From the human T2T-CHM13v2.0 reference genome, Homo sapiens, in assembly GCF_009914755.1 (NCBI RefSeq), contig NC_060932.1: DNA of 64,000 nt; one strand, written 5' to 3'. Both the position numbers and the translations under genes were made by a program. The notes under the pieces are model-generated. The model ran no database searches, was not told the origin of the DNA, and saw nothing but the letters and a program-made list of their open reading frames with translations. This document shows, piece by piece, positions 1 through 16,975 of the stretch (position 1 is its first letter; each line of letters begins with the position of its first letter).

Positions 1-165
1 TGGTGGCATGCACCTATGGTCCTAGCTTCTCTTGAGGCTGAAGCAGGAGGATCAGTTAAGCCCAGGAGTTCAAGGCTGCATTGCGCTATGATCATGTCAC
101 TTCACCTCCATCCTCGTCAACAGAGCAAAACCCTGTCTCAAATAAATAAATGAGTAATAAAAAAC
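1..165 (+). mobile_element. Alu right arm (old AluJ/FRAM-like), cut by window start
   Basis: gaggctgaagcaggaggatc...cccaggagttcaaggctgca...ccctgtctca followed by an A-rich tail. Confidence 0.85.
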
Positions 166-179
166 ACAGACTTTTGAAT

Positions 180-750
180 GTCTAGTGTATGCCATCAAAG
201 GTCTTTTACACTGGAGAAACAAAATGAAATAATTTCTAATATTATTCTAGTATATGTCCTGTAAGAAGTTCAGCATCCAATCAAAGAAACAGACTTGCTA
301 TTTAACTATTAGAATGCAGTGTGAAGAATGCTATGATAGACAAATACAGCATAGTTAGGCTTACAGAAGAAACACATCCAAATCAAGATAAATATATTCC
401 ATATACATAGGAGATCTTAGGCACAGGCACATAAGCAAAAAGATAAATTAATGCAAAGTTCACATAGGTACAAAATAGTCAATCATTCATTTCTCTTTTT
501 AAAAGAAAAAAAAGAGAAATGAATGATTGAGTCTATCGGTGGGGTTTCAGAGAAGGTTTCACAGAGTGCATGGCTTCTGAACTTGTTTCCACAGAGTATA
601 GGTGCCTGCAGAGTAGAGGGAGCATTCCGAAGAAGGAAGCAGTAGATCCAGAGGCTAGAAGTATGAAAGTGTGGCATGTTTTATCTGGCACATAATGTCA
701 TGCTTGGCACATAACAGATACCAAATAAAGGCTAACTTAATTAATGACAG
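180..750. mobile_element. Degenerate L2 remnants
   Basis: L2-like motifs (tgctatgataga, agaaggtttcacagag, cttggcacataac...aataaa); heavily diverged. Confidence 0.45.
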
Positions 751-1179
751 AGTGATGATTAAGTAGGGCCAACTAATCAAGAGACTGAATGTGAATGTTT
801 ATGAAAGATATTCATTCAAATAAAAACAGAAAATTTTAGATCTGTTGTAGCTTAGTTCTGATGATTAATCTTGACAGACGTATAAATAGGACTTTAATAT
901 AATTCTGTTTCTGAATAGGTAATATAGATGAAATTCAAAAGATATAATGAAGAGTAATGTGTTTACTTCCCTGGCCAATATTAAATGGCAACCTTTATAA
1001 TGATTTTCATTCATTCCTCTGGGTACATTACTCAAATTTTGTCTTTAATTGTGATGTGCTTCTATGTGTATGTTGTAGGGAGTGGGGAGTAGGGAAGTTA
1101 AGTGTAGAGAATCATCAGATTTTAAAACTTGAAGATCTTCTGTTCCTAAAACCTTAATTTTTTTTTATTCCAAAGGAAT

Positions 1180-1600
1180 ATATCATGGTTTAATTAAGGC
1201 AGCAGAACCAATAGAGTATTACAGAGTAAGAGATTCATTTTAGGCATAAAATCTTACCCAGTTGTAGAAAAAGCTGAGAAGTAAAGGTCCAGAAGAGGGA
1301 GTTGAAGGATCAAAGTCACAACCAACCCTCCTGAAGCACTTGACCTGGTTAAAAACTTTGGAGCTTTCAAGAACCTGGGAAACATCCGACAGCACATCCA
1401 ACTGGTGGACTGAAACCACCAGAGAGCTGATAGACATTAATGGGAGGCTGTGGCCTCTGCATCTGGGGTAAGGCCGGGAGGCTGGAGTTGCTGTTGTTCA
1501 GCAGGGTCAAGAGTCAGGAAGAAGAAGTGATCACAGAGACAGGAAAAGTGAGAACAAGCCAGAATCTGCCAGCACCTTTCCATTGGTCTTTCACTGCATT
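1180..1600. mobile_element. Possible old ERVL-class LTR remnant
   Basis: gcagaaccaatag...agagattcattttagg...gctgagaagt resembles an MLT2/ERVL LTR start; purine-rich. Confidence 0.3.
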
Positions 1601-2806
1601 TAAAACATGAAGACTTGCAAAGAATATTGGCTATTATTTCCCTCCATCTTCCAAATGTTGTTAAGGTTCCTCTTTTGCAAAACTCTAAATTCTGAATTAT
1701 TCTTAGGAAGTTGTTATAAAACAAAAACTACAGTAAACTAAATTTGAAGTGGTTCTTTGGCTTGTCCAGTGTCACAAAAAATAGAGCTATGTGTAGAACC
1801 TTGGTTTCCTTCCTCTTACTAGTCAACTACTTTTCTTCTGCTCAAGGCTCAGACCTCGTAGGCTTGTGCTAAAGTCCATTGTTAGCTAATCACTTTCTTT
1901 TTCTTTTTCTCTTAGCAACATTTTTGCTACATCTGGGTTTATTTTATAATCTGAGGAAATGTACTGATGTCTGCCATGTGCAGTTTGCACATTCAAGTGA
2001 CTTGCTGCTTTATATGGATACTAGTGCTTTAGGGGGAGGTGGAAAGTTTATCTTATGATTACCTGAAAGTACCACTAAGTCTTAATTCTCCAAGTTAATA
2101 TTGATATAATTTTCTCATGTATAATATTTAAAGATATAATTCTAATAGACTTTGCAAAAGTACACTTAAAAGTAAATAATTTTGTTTTGATCATAATACT
2201 TTTATTTCTTCCTATCTCTGACTTGATTTTGTTAGGTAATTTATCTTTTAAACTTCATTGTCAGAGAAATAGTTACAGCATATTTGTTTGTTAAAATATT
2301 TTTATATACACATAATAAATTACATGTAATACTCTGTGGGCTTTTTTTTTTTACACATAAAGAATTTTAAAAATTGTTGTTACTATGTTTGCTTAGCAAG
2401 CTGACTTTGAATCTGACATGACATATTCCTAAAGTTCATCAGTCTTATACTTCTCAGGATTGGTAACATTGAATATGGGGAACTATGGCTATGTGTAGGC
2501 ATTAAAATTCCTAAACCATATATTTCTAGCTTTATTTCTGAGAGATTACGACTATTCTCTGTGTCCTTAGATCTCTTTTATTTTTATTTTTGAGACTATT
2601 CCCCAAATGTTCACACCGCACAGGACCCCCAGCATAGTTTGATTAGTGATTAATCAAACATGAGATTTTTTCCAGAATTGCATCTGGAATTGTAGATAGG
2701 AATATGGAAAGAAAGAAGTTTTCTTTGTTTTAAATTTTCAACCTGAAAAACATCACTTTTATCTTACTAATTTGTGAGGACGTCAAGCTAAGACCTAAGC
2801 AAAATT

Positions 2807-2861
2807 TGGGCACAGTGGCTCATGCTGGGCACAGTGGTCTCTCACTACTTTGGGAGGCCAA
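2807..2861 (+). repeat. Isolated 55-nt Alu 5' fragment, an inverted copy of 3668-3722
   Basis: 53/55 identical to the reverse complement of 3668-3722, including its non-consensus internal rearrangement. Confidence 0.9.
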
Positions 2862-3416
2862 ATCTAATTCTCATACTTTGTAGGTTAATGCCTAGATTGA
2901 CCTAAACCTACTTGAATGATATGATTTTATAATTTCCTTAAACCTTACCATGCCTTTACATGAAAAATGTGAATTTTTCTTCCTGCCTAAAAAGTTCCTG
3001 GAAAGTGAGTGGGAAGGCAAAAGGATTCATGTTACAACAGGAGGCAGCAGTTGGTTTTTCATGCTTAGCAGCCAGCAGATATCTTCTTCCTTACATGTTG
3101 GCTGAGAGTGTCCTGTGGCAATATAAAAAGATGGTGTAGATATAACAGGACAGAGATCCTGTCTTGCCTGGTCTTACTCTTCTTTATATCTTAGTGTAGT
3201 TACTGACTGATATAGTAGGCACTAAAAAATAAGAAAATGTTTAAATTGTATATAATTATCATGGTAGCATACGATAAAATTTTAAAATCTTCTGTATTTT
3301 CAATTACTTTACAGTCATCTTACAGCTAAGATGGATGGATAGATAATGCCTTGATTCATTGAAACCCAACTGACCAAAGCCCTAAATAGCCAGTTTCCCT
3401 CCTATGGTGTTTTCTT

Positions 3417-3725
3417 CTTCTTTTTTTTTTTTTGAGATGGAGTCTCACTCTGTCACTCAGGCTGGAGTGTAGTGGTGCAGTCTCAGCTCACTGCAGTCTC
3501 CGCCTCCTGGGTTCAAGCAATTCTCCTGCCTCTCAGCCTCCTGAGTAGCTGGAATTACAGGCATGTGCCGCCACGCCCAGCTGATTTTTGTATTTTTAGT
3601 AGAGACGGGGTTCCACCATGTTCGCCAGGCTGGTCTTGAACTCCTGACCTCAGGTGATCCACCAGCCTTGGCCTCCCAAAGTAGTGAGAGGCCACTGTGC
3701 CCAGCGTGAGCCACTGTGCCCAGCC
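3417..3725 (-). mobile_element. AluS (Sx-like) with rearranged 5' end
   Basis: Full dimer with poly-T; TSD ATGGTGTTTTCTT at 3404-3416 and 3726-3738. Confidence 0.95.
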
Positions 3726-3892
3726 ATGGTGTTTTCTTTTTAAGAGAAGGGGCCAAACAGGATTATATCAAGAATGTATTTTAAAAGCATTTGTACAACA
3801 TGTAACTTTTATACATTATCCTGTATAATTCTGTGAGCACTATAACTGGTACAACAGTACATACTATTGAAGTTTACTGGTTTATTTATGAA

Positions 3893-4034
3893 TGACAGGG
3901 TCTCACTGTGTCACTTATAGTTCACTGTGTCGTGATCATAGTTCACTGTAACCTCCAACTCCTGGGCTCTAACGATCCTCCTGCCTCATCCTCCCAAAGC
4001 ACTGGATTATAGGTGTGAGCCACTGTACCCAGCC
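3893..4034 (-). mobile_element. Alu monomer (FRAM/FLAM-like) with internal micro-duplications
   Basis: gacagggtctcact...ctcctgggctc...ctcccaaag...gtgagccactgtacccagcc. Confidence 0.85.
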
Positions 4035-4669
4035 ATATTATTGAAGCTTTAAAAATGAAATTTAAAAAATCTCCTGACCTTCTCTCCCTTAGTATATTCC
4101 TATCTAAATCCTCAACACAGTTTCTAATGTTCTCTTCTCTGAGAAACATTCAGCAATACCCCTAGTCGCTCCCTCTTCCATGAAGTTTTTTTTTAAGCTT
4201 TTCCTTTGAAAAGTTCTAACAAGTAAAATTAGATGACCAGCAGTTCCAGGTTATAGATATAAACAACTGGAATCAGAGCTATTATCCATTGGACATCTCA
4301 GTAAAATTGAATTAAGTTAATATTTTAATTTAGTATGCTCATAAAACTGTCTTCTAGATATTGTAATAAATAGACGTAGCACTTGTGATCTCCATTACAA
4401 ATATATTAACCTTTGTTTTGTTCTTTTGTTTTGGCAGGAAAGTTTTTGTTGGTGTTTTTTTTTTTTTTCAAGAATGAGAATATTTTATTTTAACATTATT
4501 TAATTTTGCCGAACTAAATTTATACTGATACTTTCTTTAAATGTACCTTAAAAATCATCATTTCAAGCTGTAGTTCTTGTAGCATTGTGCACAAGATGCT
4601 TTATATGTCTTTATAGATTCTTTGTGTATGTTCAGCACCTTGAGATAAAAGATTAGGTCCCCTATTGAG

Positions 4670-5589
<920 letters not shown>

Positions 5590-5777
5590 TAGGATTTAAA
5601 TTATTTATCTTTATGCCTCCCATTAATATAAACAGAAGAATATCTAGGAATAGGTTTATGTAACACATAGTTTTCCAGGTAGCAGATTGTTTATAATAAA
5701 TGTTTGGGAATGTTACTGTTTTCATATTTAGGAATAACTACTGTAAGAGATGGTCTCAGGTGATAACCACAAGTTTT

Positions 5778-6095
5778 TTTTTGTTTTTTTGTTTTTTTTT
5801 TTTGAGATGGAGTCTTGCTCTATCGCCCAGGCTGGAGTGCAGTGGCGCAATTTTGGCTCACTGCAAGCTCTGTCTCCCGGGTTCACGCCATTCTCCTGCC
5901 TCAGCCTCCTGAGTAGCTGGGGCTACAGGCGCCCGCCACCACGCCCGGCTAATTTTTTTTGTTGTTGTTGTATTTTTAGTAGAGACGGGGTCTCACCATG
6001 TTAGCCAGGATGGTCTCGATCTCCTGACCTCGTGATCCGCCTGCCTCGGCCTCCCAAAGTGCTGGGATTACAGGTGTGAGCCACCACGCCTGGCC
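5778..6095 (-). mobile_element. AluY
   Basis: Y diagnostics (ctgcaagctc, ttcacgccattc, ttagccaggatggtctcgatctcc); TSD GAT(A/T)ACCACAAGTTTT at 5762-5777 and 6096-6111. Confidence 0.95.
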
Positions 6096-6202
6096 GATTA
6101 CCACAAGTTTTAAGTATCTTCTGCTCTAGCATCTTCCATCTAAAGTTCAGCCATAATGACATACTAAGAAAATCTTTATGTTGCATAAGAATTGCTCTGT
6201 GC

Positions 6203-6440
6203 ACCAGCCTGGGCAGCATGGCGAAACCCCGTCTCTACAAAAAATACAAAAATTAGCCGGGTGTGCAGTCCACACACTTATAGCCCTAACTACTTAGGAG
6301 GCTGAGGTACTGGGATGACTTGAGCCCAGGAGGCAGAGGTTGCAGTGAGCCAAGATCATGCCACTCCACTCTAGCCTGGGTGACAAAGACAGAGGGAGAC
6401 CCTTTCTCATACACAAAAGGGAAAAAAAAAAAAAGAAAAA
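6203..6440 (+). mobile_element. 5'-truncated AluJ with perfect 18-bp TSD
   Basis: Starts at accagcctgggc; AAGAATTGCTCTGTGCAC at 6187-6204 and 6440-6457. Confidence 0.92.
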
Positions 6441-7049
6441 AGAATTGCTCTGTGCACACAGACCATCCAGCATTTCTTATTCTGACTTTTTTGGTGGAAT
6501 ATTTTGGGAACCTTGGTACCACTTTTCCTACTTCTGGTCTTTCATAATATGCAGTTTTTGAAGTGTGATTCTTAAACTCCTTTAGTATTTCCCACAAAGG
6601 CATACCAAAATGTATGACAGATGGGCAGAAGAACCTTAGTGTAAATATTCTGAGTCCAAGAAAGATGACCACAGCCTTTCTGACACATGTGTTTTCTTGA
6701 GTGCATGTGGCATACACCTGTGCCTTCTTGCTTAGTAACAATTTCAGAGAACTATACTTTTTTTTTGTTTACAATCTATACCTCCCAAAGCTTACTAGAA
6801 CAGCTTTTGCCAACTCACATGATTATTTTTCTGTTATTTGCTTAGAACCTTAAAATAGTCAATGTTTTGTTATTTTCATCGAGGGTTTAATAAATTTCTA
6901 TGGACATAATCCTCTATATTACTACATGATAGGTACAGATAATTATACCATTTCTTTGTTTATGTGGACAATATAGACATACATTAAACCATTGTTTTAT
7001 TGGAGTACATCAGCGAATTATTGATTCTACAGCTCCTATAACCCTATGT

Positions 7050-7700
7050 GCCTTGGAATGCTGTAATCTGTTTTCTCCAGCTGAATTTAATATCTTTTCA
7101 TCATCATGGGTGATGAGCAGTTTCACCAAGATATGTCTGCTTGTGGATTTCCTTGTATTTGTCTGAACCAGGACACACTGTGCTTCCTGAGTCTATGAAT
7201 TCTTATATTTCATCATTTCTGGGAAAATCCTCAGCTATTTTTTCTTTAGTATTTTCTCTTTTCCTTTCTTTCTGTTCTCTCATTTTGGAATTCTAGTTAT
7301 ATATGTTGGACTCATCTCTCCATGTCTCTTCGTTTTCCTTTTAAACTTTGCATTTTAAAATTTATTTTAGTACATTCTGGAATTTTCTCAAATCTATATT
7401 CTAGTCTTAAGCTATATCTAAATGCTATTTATCCCACCTATTATGTCTTTAACTTTAGTAACTGTATTTTTTATTTTTGGAAATTCTCTTTGGTTGTTTT
7501 TGAAACCTGATTTGCCCTTTTGAATAGTGCCTTGCTTTTTTTCTTATGTTTTTTTAATTCTGTATGTTTTTAGTAATTTTAAGCAAAATTTTTATTGTAA
7601 TTTAGTATCTATTAAAATTTTATTATCAAAAGTTCTTGATAATGCTTTTGAAAATGGGATCTAATTTTCCTCTTGCTAATAAGGATTTTTATGTATATAT
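7050..7700 (-). mobile_element. Old L1M (ORF1-region) remnant
   Basis: T-rich; tgtggatttccttgtatttgtc...ctgggaaaatcctcagctatt...ttggaattctagttatatatgttgg is typical of antisense L1M. Confidence 0.6.
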
Positions 7701-9288
7701 AAAATAGTCTGTATTAGAAGCTTATCTTCAATGATCTTTTTCCCTTGAGTATCCTTTTTGTCATTGAGGACATGTTTTCTAGAGAGGTTTTGCATCTGTT
7801 TCTGACAGATGCCCCAGGGTTATCAAAATTCTGGTGCTACTGCTGTATAAATAACAGAAGGGGTATTTGAGGACCACCCAGGTAATATAAGTTAGAGCCA
7901 CTTAATACATGTAGGATATTTCTCATTATTTTTAATTTTCCAGGGAGATATTTGTTTTTTCAACAAGCTCTCTTGCCAAGACAGGCAAACTTTCTTATTC
8001 TTTCCTGTTTCTGATGGGTTGATGTTTTTCTGGCCCTTCAGGGGCCCCAGATCTAGGTAGGCAGCTCATTTAAAAATCCTTGCCTTATCTCAAATACCTG
8101 TTAAACTCTATTCCCTTGATTCATTAAGAGTGCTGACCCTCTCAATTTAATGACCCTAAGGTCATTAACAACCTCAGTTAATACTTTGTGTTTTAGTTCC
8201 TTCTTTTGAATTTTGAAACTTAGACTGTTATATGGTAAAATATTGACAGAATTTAATTCTTAATTGTAGTTATTCAGTGTTTCTTTTCTGTTTTTCTTTT
8301 GAATTTATTCCTGAAAATATTTGAATCTGTAAAGATTTTCAATGATTTTTAAAAATATTTACCATTACCTCAAATATTTACCAGAGATATCATAAAACTT
8401 AATACTATATACCAGAAAAATAATAGTTTTATAAGACTACTGACTTATTTATATTTTGTTACTACTTCTAAGGTCAAAGGTCTTTCATATTTTGTGTTAC
8501 TGATTTAATTTATCACATGATGGAGAGAAATGTATAATATGGACAAGTACCCTTTTTTTCATTGCCCTTGGTTGTTAGTGTTTGCTCTTATTTGGTTCCC
8601 TGCCAACTTTTCCATTTTAAGGTATTTTTAATACATCATATATTTTAGCACTCCCCTATGAGAGCACATCAGATGTTATATGTTTCTCACATTGGTCATT
8701 TTATGGAATTTGAGCTATTAGGCTATAATTATGATGTCTCTCAGGATCTCAACCCTTCCTCTGTAGTCACAGATTTTAATACTTCTTCCGGTTACTCTCT
8801 ACTCACCAGATCTCTTAATTCTTTAGAATTGACTTTCTTGAAATCCAATACTTATGTGTCATAGAACCAGATGATCCAATTTGCTTTTTTGGCAGACACC
8901 ATATAGAGCTCTGCTCATTGCAAGTTTAACAAAAGACCAGAGTATTCTCTGGACTACTCTGATAAAAACAAAAAATGGTGTAGAAAGACTTGAATTTTAA
9001 CTAGGCTTTTTCATGAGATAATTTATGCCAATTCTCTGATTTGAACTTTATCATTTTATGATATAAGGGAATAATAAGGGCATATTTAAAAGGAATATTA
9101 AGTTAATAGCTTGAAGGGAAATTTGAGGTATGGCTTGCTAACGAAACATAAATGTATTATTAGTTGATAAAATGAAAACTAAGAATATACGCAGTGGACT
9201 TGAAGATCTATACCAGCACAAACTTTGCTTTCTCAATAATGTTTTCCAGTTTCATCTTTTACCATGTACTTCCTTTGAAATTAATAAT

Positions 9289-11840
<2,552 letters not shown>

Positions 11841-11854
11841 ACAAAAACCTTAAC

Positions 11855-12148
11855 AGCTGGACATGGTGGCTCAACACTTGTAATCCCAGCACTTTGAGAG
11901 TCCTAGGCAGGAGAATTGCTTGAGCCTAGGAGTTCAAGACCAGCCTGGGCAACGTGAGGATACTCTGTCTCTAGAAAAAATAAAAATAAATTAGCCAGGC
12001 ATGGTGGTACATTCCTGTGGTCCCAGCTACTCAGGAGGCCAAGGTGGGAGGATCACTTGCGCCCAGGAGATTGAGGCTACAGTGAGCCATGATTGCACCA
12101 CTGCACTCCAGCCTAGGTGACAGAGCAAGACCTTGTCTTAAAAAAAAA
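11855..12148 (+). mobile_element. AluJ
   Basis: Full dimer with gagcctaggagttcaagaccagcctgggcaac and A tail. Confidence 0.95.
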
Positions 12149-12631
12149 TGAATTAACATTGTTCTTAGACCTTAAAAAGAAAAGAATTCAAAGACTAAAA
12201 GGATATGCTTATGACCCTAATGAGGTCAGCAAGACAGCAGTTATCAAATAGAAGGTCAGATATTAAAAATAGGAAATGAAAAATTATTCCAAAAAATAGT
12301 AAGATTATTGGTGGTAACAAAAGTGATATGAAACTATTTGCAAGAACAAAAAGGAGTAAAAATTTAAAAATTAATTTGTTAAAAAGTCCTGGGATGATAC
12401 TAATATGAAATTGCTTAATTACACCTTAATTTCTCAAGATGTTTTCATCTTTTGTAAATCTTATGGAATTGAAGTTAAGAAACGATGACTGTAAAATATG
12501 CAAATAGGCACTCTCAAAATAATAATGTAATTTTGCCATACATGTTTGTAGTACAAAGACTTGTACAAATTTAATGAAAATTGTCTTTGAAAATAATGAA
12601 ATGGCTAATAATCTTTTACTCTATCTTTTAG

Positions 12632-12758
12632 CATACGGCGGCATCAAGAAAGGAGAGCAATTTTGACCCCCGTTTTGACAGATTTTTCTGTCCGAATAAC
12701 TGGAGCACCTGCTGTCATTTTCACCAAAGTAGTTTCTCCAGAAAATTTGCATACTGAG
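12632..12758 (+). CDS. VPS13B: Internal coding exon of VPS13B (recalled as exon 32), 127 nt, phase 2 in / phase 0 out
   Basis: Acceptor tcttttactctatcttttag (AG 12630-12631) and donor GAG|gttaga. After 1 nt it translates IRRHQERRAILTPVLTDFSVRITGAPAVIFTKVVSPENLHTE and joins the next exon in frame. Gene identity and exon number are from memory of the VPS13B protein and exon sizes. Confidence 0.92.
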
Positions 12759-12864
12759 GTTAGAACATAATTTTGATTTTATTTTAGTCTAAATAATGGA
12801 ATTGCTCCTCTTTGTATGTTAGGGATTGCCACAGTTTCAGCCCATAGGACTTCAAATTAGCTCA

Positions 12865-13045
12865 TTAATAATAATGGCTACTATCATAGCTAACATTTAT
12901 GGAGCACTTTGTAGTACTCTTCAGTTATTGCTTTCCTTGTAATAACTCATTTAGTCCTCATAATAATCTTATTTGCTACTCCTCATATCCGTATTTTGTA
13001 GATGACAAAACTGAGGCATAGAGGAGCTAACCAAGCTACCCAGAT
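12865..13045 (-). mobile_element. MIR
   Basis: gctaacatttatggagcac...tcatttagtcctcataa...attttgtagatgacaaaactgaggcatagag. Confidence 0.8.
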
Positions 13046-13939
13046 TGTTATGCATACCTTAGTTGCCTCATATATAGCTACTCTTGTTGCCCTCTAGATT
13101 GTCATAAGGTTCAAACTGATCAATAGAAGAAATAATTATAAGAGGAATCTGAGAAGCTAAAGTTCTATAAAAATGAAAATTATCCTTGTTTTTATATTAT
13201 TAGCTGCTAATCCTACCAATTGCATTCATACTATTTAACCTACTAGTATAAGATCAATTATTTGCAAGTTTTCACAGGATGTATGCCACCAATAAAGCCA
13301 AGTTATTTTTAGTACAAATTTTTGTGCTCTTGGGTAATGTTACGGTGACTATTTTGTTTTAATCCTGAATTGGTATACTTTTTTCCCTTTTTGTCAATAC
13401 TTGAGGAATAGAATAAGAATTCTAACTAGAGTGAATGAATACAGAGAACTTGTGGAGGAAAAAATTGTTTAACCAAAAAAAAAAGGATAATTATTTCAGA
13501 CATGCTGTTCTTCATGGCTTTATTAAAAGCTGCTCTAAGCTGTCTCATTTGCATTTGGACTAGTCATAGTCTCCTTAAATCCATTCCTCTGGATGATACT
13601 ATAAGGGGAAGATCTGTTGGACATTTCCAAGCATTTGAACATTGTCCACATGCACATCATGACAAGAGGCAGGACTTATTAAGTGAAACTGTTGTATTGG
13701 TTTTTTGTTTTGTTCTGTTTTCCTTGTCTGAACGGTTTTCCAGTGATAAATGTTCAAGTGACTAGGTTTTGCAGAACAGCACCAATTAAGTTATGGACAT
13801 CTACCCAATGCTGCCAAGATTTTAGCAGTTTAAAGAAGTGAAATTAATTAGTCTAGCTGTCTTTAGCTTCAACACTCCGTTTTCTTATAAATCATTTAGA
13901 GTATATCCTTTGGAGAATATTCATACTGTGGCTCTTAGC

Positions 13940-14300
13940 AATTAATTGCCTGCCTAAAATTGTCTGTTTACATCTGTCTGCCCAACTAGATTATAACCTC
14001 CTCAAGAGCAGGTTGCCCTTCAAGGCCGACATTATTCTTTGTGATATTCATAGGACTCTACTATCGTACCTAGTACTTAGGAAATGCTCAGTAAATATTA
14101 GTTGGTTTGAATTCATGAACAAGATTATGCTACACAATTATATTGTTGCTACATATTGAAAACAATAATAATAGTTGGAGTTATGGAAAAGTCAAATAGG
14201 TATGAAAAGGTGAAGACTTCTTATTGTTAGTTGTGTATATCTAGCACAAGGCCCAACACACAGCAGGCCCTCATAAATATGAAATTCATCTGTTAAATTG
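13940..14300 (+). mobile_element. L2 3'-end fragments
   Basis: tgtctgcccaactagattataacctcctcaagagcagg...tgctcagtaaatattagttg; second piece tctagcacaaggccc..cacacagcaggccctc. Confidence 0.65.
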
Positions 14301-14463
14301 TGTCAAGTGGCTGTGCTCACCATTTTTGCTCTTCTCCTTAATGTATGAACTTGAGTCCTAGGAAATGTCACCAAAGTAGTGAAGGTCAAATAAGTAAGAA
14401 TGATAAATTATCATCTGAAAGCTATCATGTTTCTTTATCTGTATTCTACCGTTTTTGCTTCAG

Positions 14464-14607
14464 GAGATTTTAGTGTGTGGCCATTCCTTAGAAGTGAATA
14501 TAACCACAAACCTGGACTTCTTCCTAAGTGTGGCTCAAGTTCAACTCTTACATCAGTTAATAGTAGCAAATATGACTGGACTGGAACCATCAAACAAGGC
14601 TGCAGAG
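14464..14607 (+). CDS. VPS13B: Internal coding exon of VPS13B (recalled as exon 33), 144 nt, symmetric phase 0-0
   Basis: Acceptor gtttttgcttcag (AG 14462-14463) and donor GAG|gtaact. Open frame EILVCGHSLEVNITTNLDFFLSVAQVQLLHQLIVANMTGLEPSNKAAE continues the upstream exon. Confidence 0.92.
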
Positions 14608-16333
14608 GTAACTGTTACCTGATTTTGATCAGGCTTACTGCATTTGTTCCAACTTTACATTCACAGTAGGAAAACTATAATTAAGCTGACTGCTTTCTGC
14701 TTAATTATTCTGTGTTTAACTTTATTCAAAATATAGTCATAAGTCATTTTGGATTGATATTCTTTATTTTAGAAATTTGTTTGGTCTCTATTCCTCTTAT
14801 TTATCATGTACCTTTGCAAAATTGCTGTGGACTGACCTCAGAGGAACCTCTGTTATATACATAACTTTATTAGCCTGCTGAAGTTCTAAAGTATGATGCG
14901 AGAATCCTGGTATAGCTTTCATTTACTCGGATACATTACAGTAATAAGGCCTCTTTTGGAAGTGAACTTTCTAAGAGTACTATGGGAATATCTTCAATAA
15001 ATAACTTGTAAAGCATTTGTTTCCCATGCTCAGTGGGAAATGAATGGACACAATCATAAAAGTTGAATGCCTGCCTAGAATTTTAATTTTGATACAGTGT
15101 TCATTGGAAGCCTGTATTGTAACCACAAAGTATGTCAGCAAGAAACAAAGAAAGCTATTTGTTAGATTCTTCTCAAGATATATTTTCTTTGCATTTTGTT
15201 TCCACATTTCTCTAACATTCTGTACTTAGAATAAATATTTTATAAAAACTCAGGTGAACAAACTGTTTATATATGAAAAAGATGTTGCTTTTATTTTTGT
15301 CATGAGTTGTAAAGAAAGCTTTAAGTTCTGTTTAGTAAGAAGGTAGGAAATGAAGAGGAATTTAGGTCTCAAGTCAGCACTGTTTCCATTCTGCCACAGA
15401 TTATGTATTATAACTGTGACATTATTCTTTCAGTCTTCTTTATTTTTAAAAAAATTATTTTAAAATGATAAATCTTTTATCTTTTGTAAATGATTTTCTA
15501 ATGTAATCATCCTTTACTAGCCATGATATCTATTTATTCAATATCTATTGTAAAAGGACTTTAGAACTACATATTGTCCAAAATATTGAGTTTTTAAATA
15601 TACATTAGGGAATCCATAAAAATGTAATTATATGACATCAAAATAAGCAAATTAAAAAATATTTCCCCATGCATTTTCGATGAGGCCTCTGAAGCAAGTT
15701 GAGTTGGATAAAAGTAAATTACATTCCTATATTATTTGTGCCAATTTTATAAATGTCTCCTGTCAAAGAAATCTAACTCTCAGATCACTGATTGTTTTAG
15801 GATTCACATAACTTAGCAAATTGGTTATTAACTATTTATCTACATACTTTTAATGCCTCTTAGGGGGATCAATTTCAGTAAATAAAGGGATACTCGGAGT
15901 TACTAACTATCCTTCCCTGAATGTTGAATCATTACTGACAATTCCGTAAACTATATAGGCATTGTTTTCTTCTGCTTTAAAAAGGTATCTGTGGCTATGT
16001 GTTTCTTCTTAGAGATCATATTACAAGTACAGATGACATGAACATTTTTAAATGGTTAAAATGGTAAATTTTATGTTATGTATATATATCACAATTAAAA
16101 AATACAGGCTATATAATGAGAAAGGACTGTTTGGACCTTTTCCCAACCCTGGTGGGACATATCTGTAAAACTTTCAGTATTTTAGAAAAGACCTACAGTG
16201 CACTGGAAGAATATGATTCAATTTTTAAATTATTAGCAGAACTCATATCTGCTAGTCTATGAATATAAAGACATTTTAGTTACATAGAATACTCCATAAT
16301 AAGTCAAAGGTATATTTTGAAAGGGCTAGTTGA

Positions 16334-16975
<642 letters not shown>

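Noticed and set aside
14400-14669. 89-aa ORF overlapping the second exon
   Set aside because: Different frame from the spliced VPS13B reading frame and extends across both splice sites; probably chance.
14608-15240. Intronic polyadenylation after the second exon (read-through stop GTA ACT GTT ACC TGA; AATAAA at ~14996 and ~15230)
   Set aside because: AATAAA is frequent by chance in this AT-rich DNA; cannot be supported without 3'-end data.
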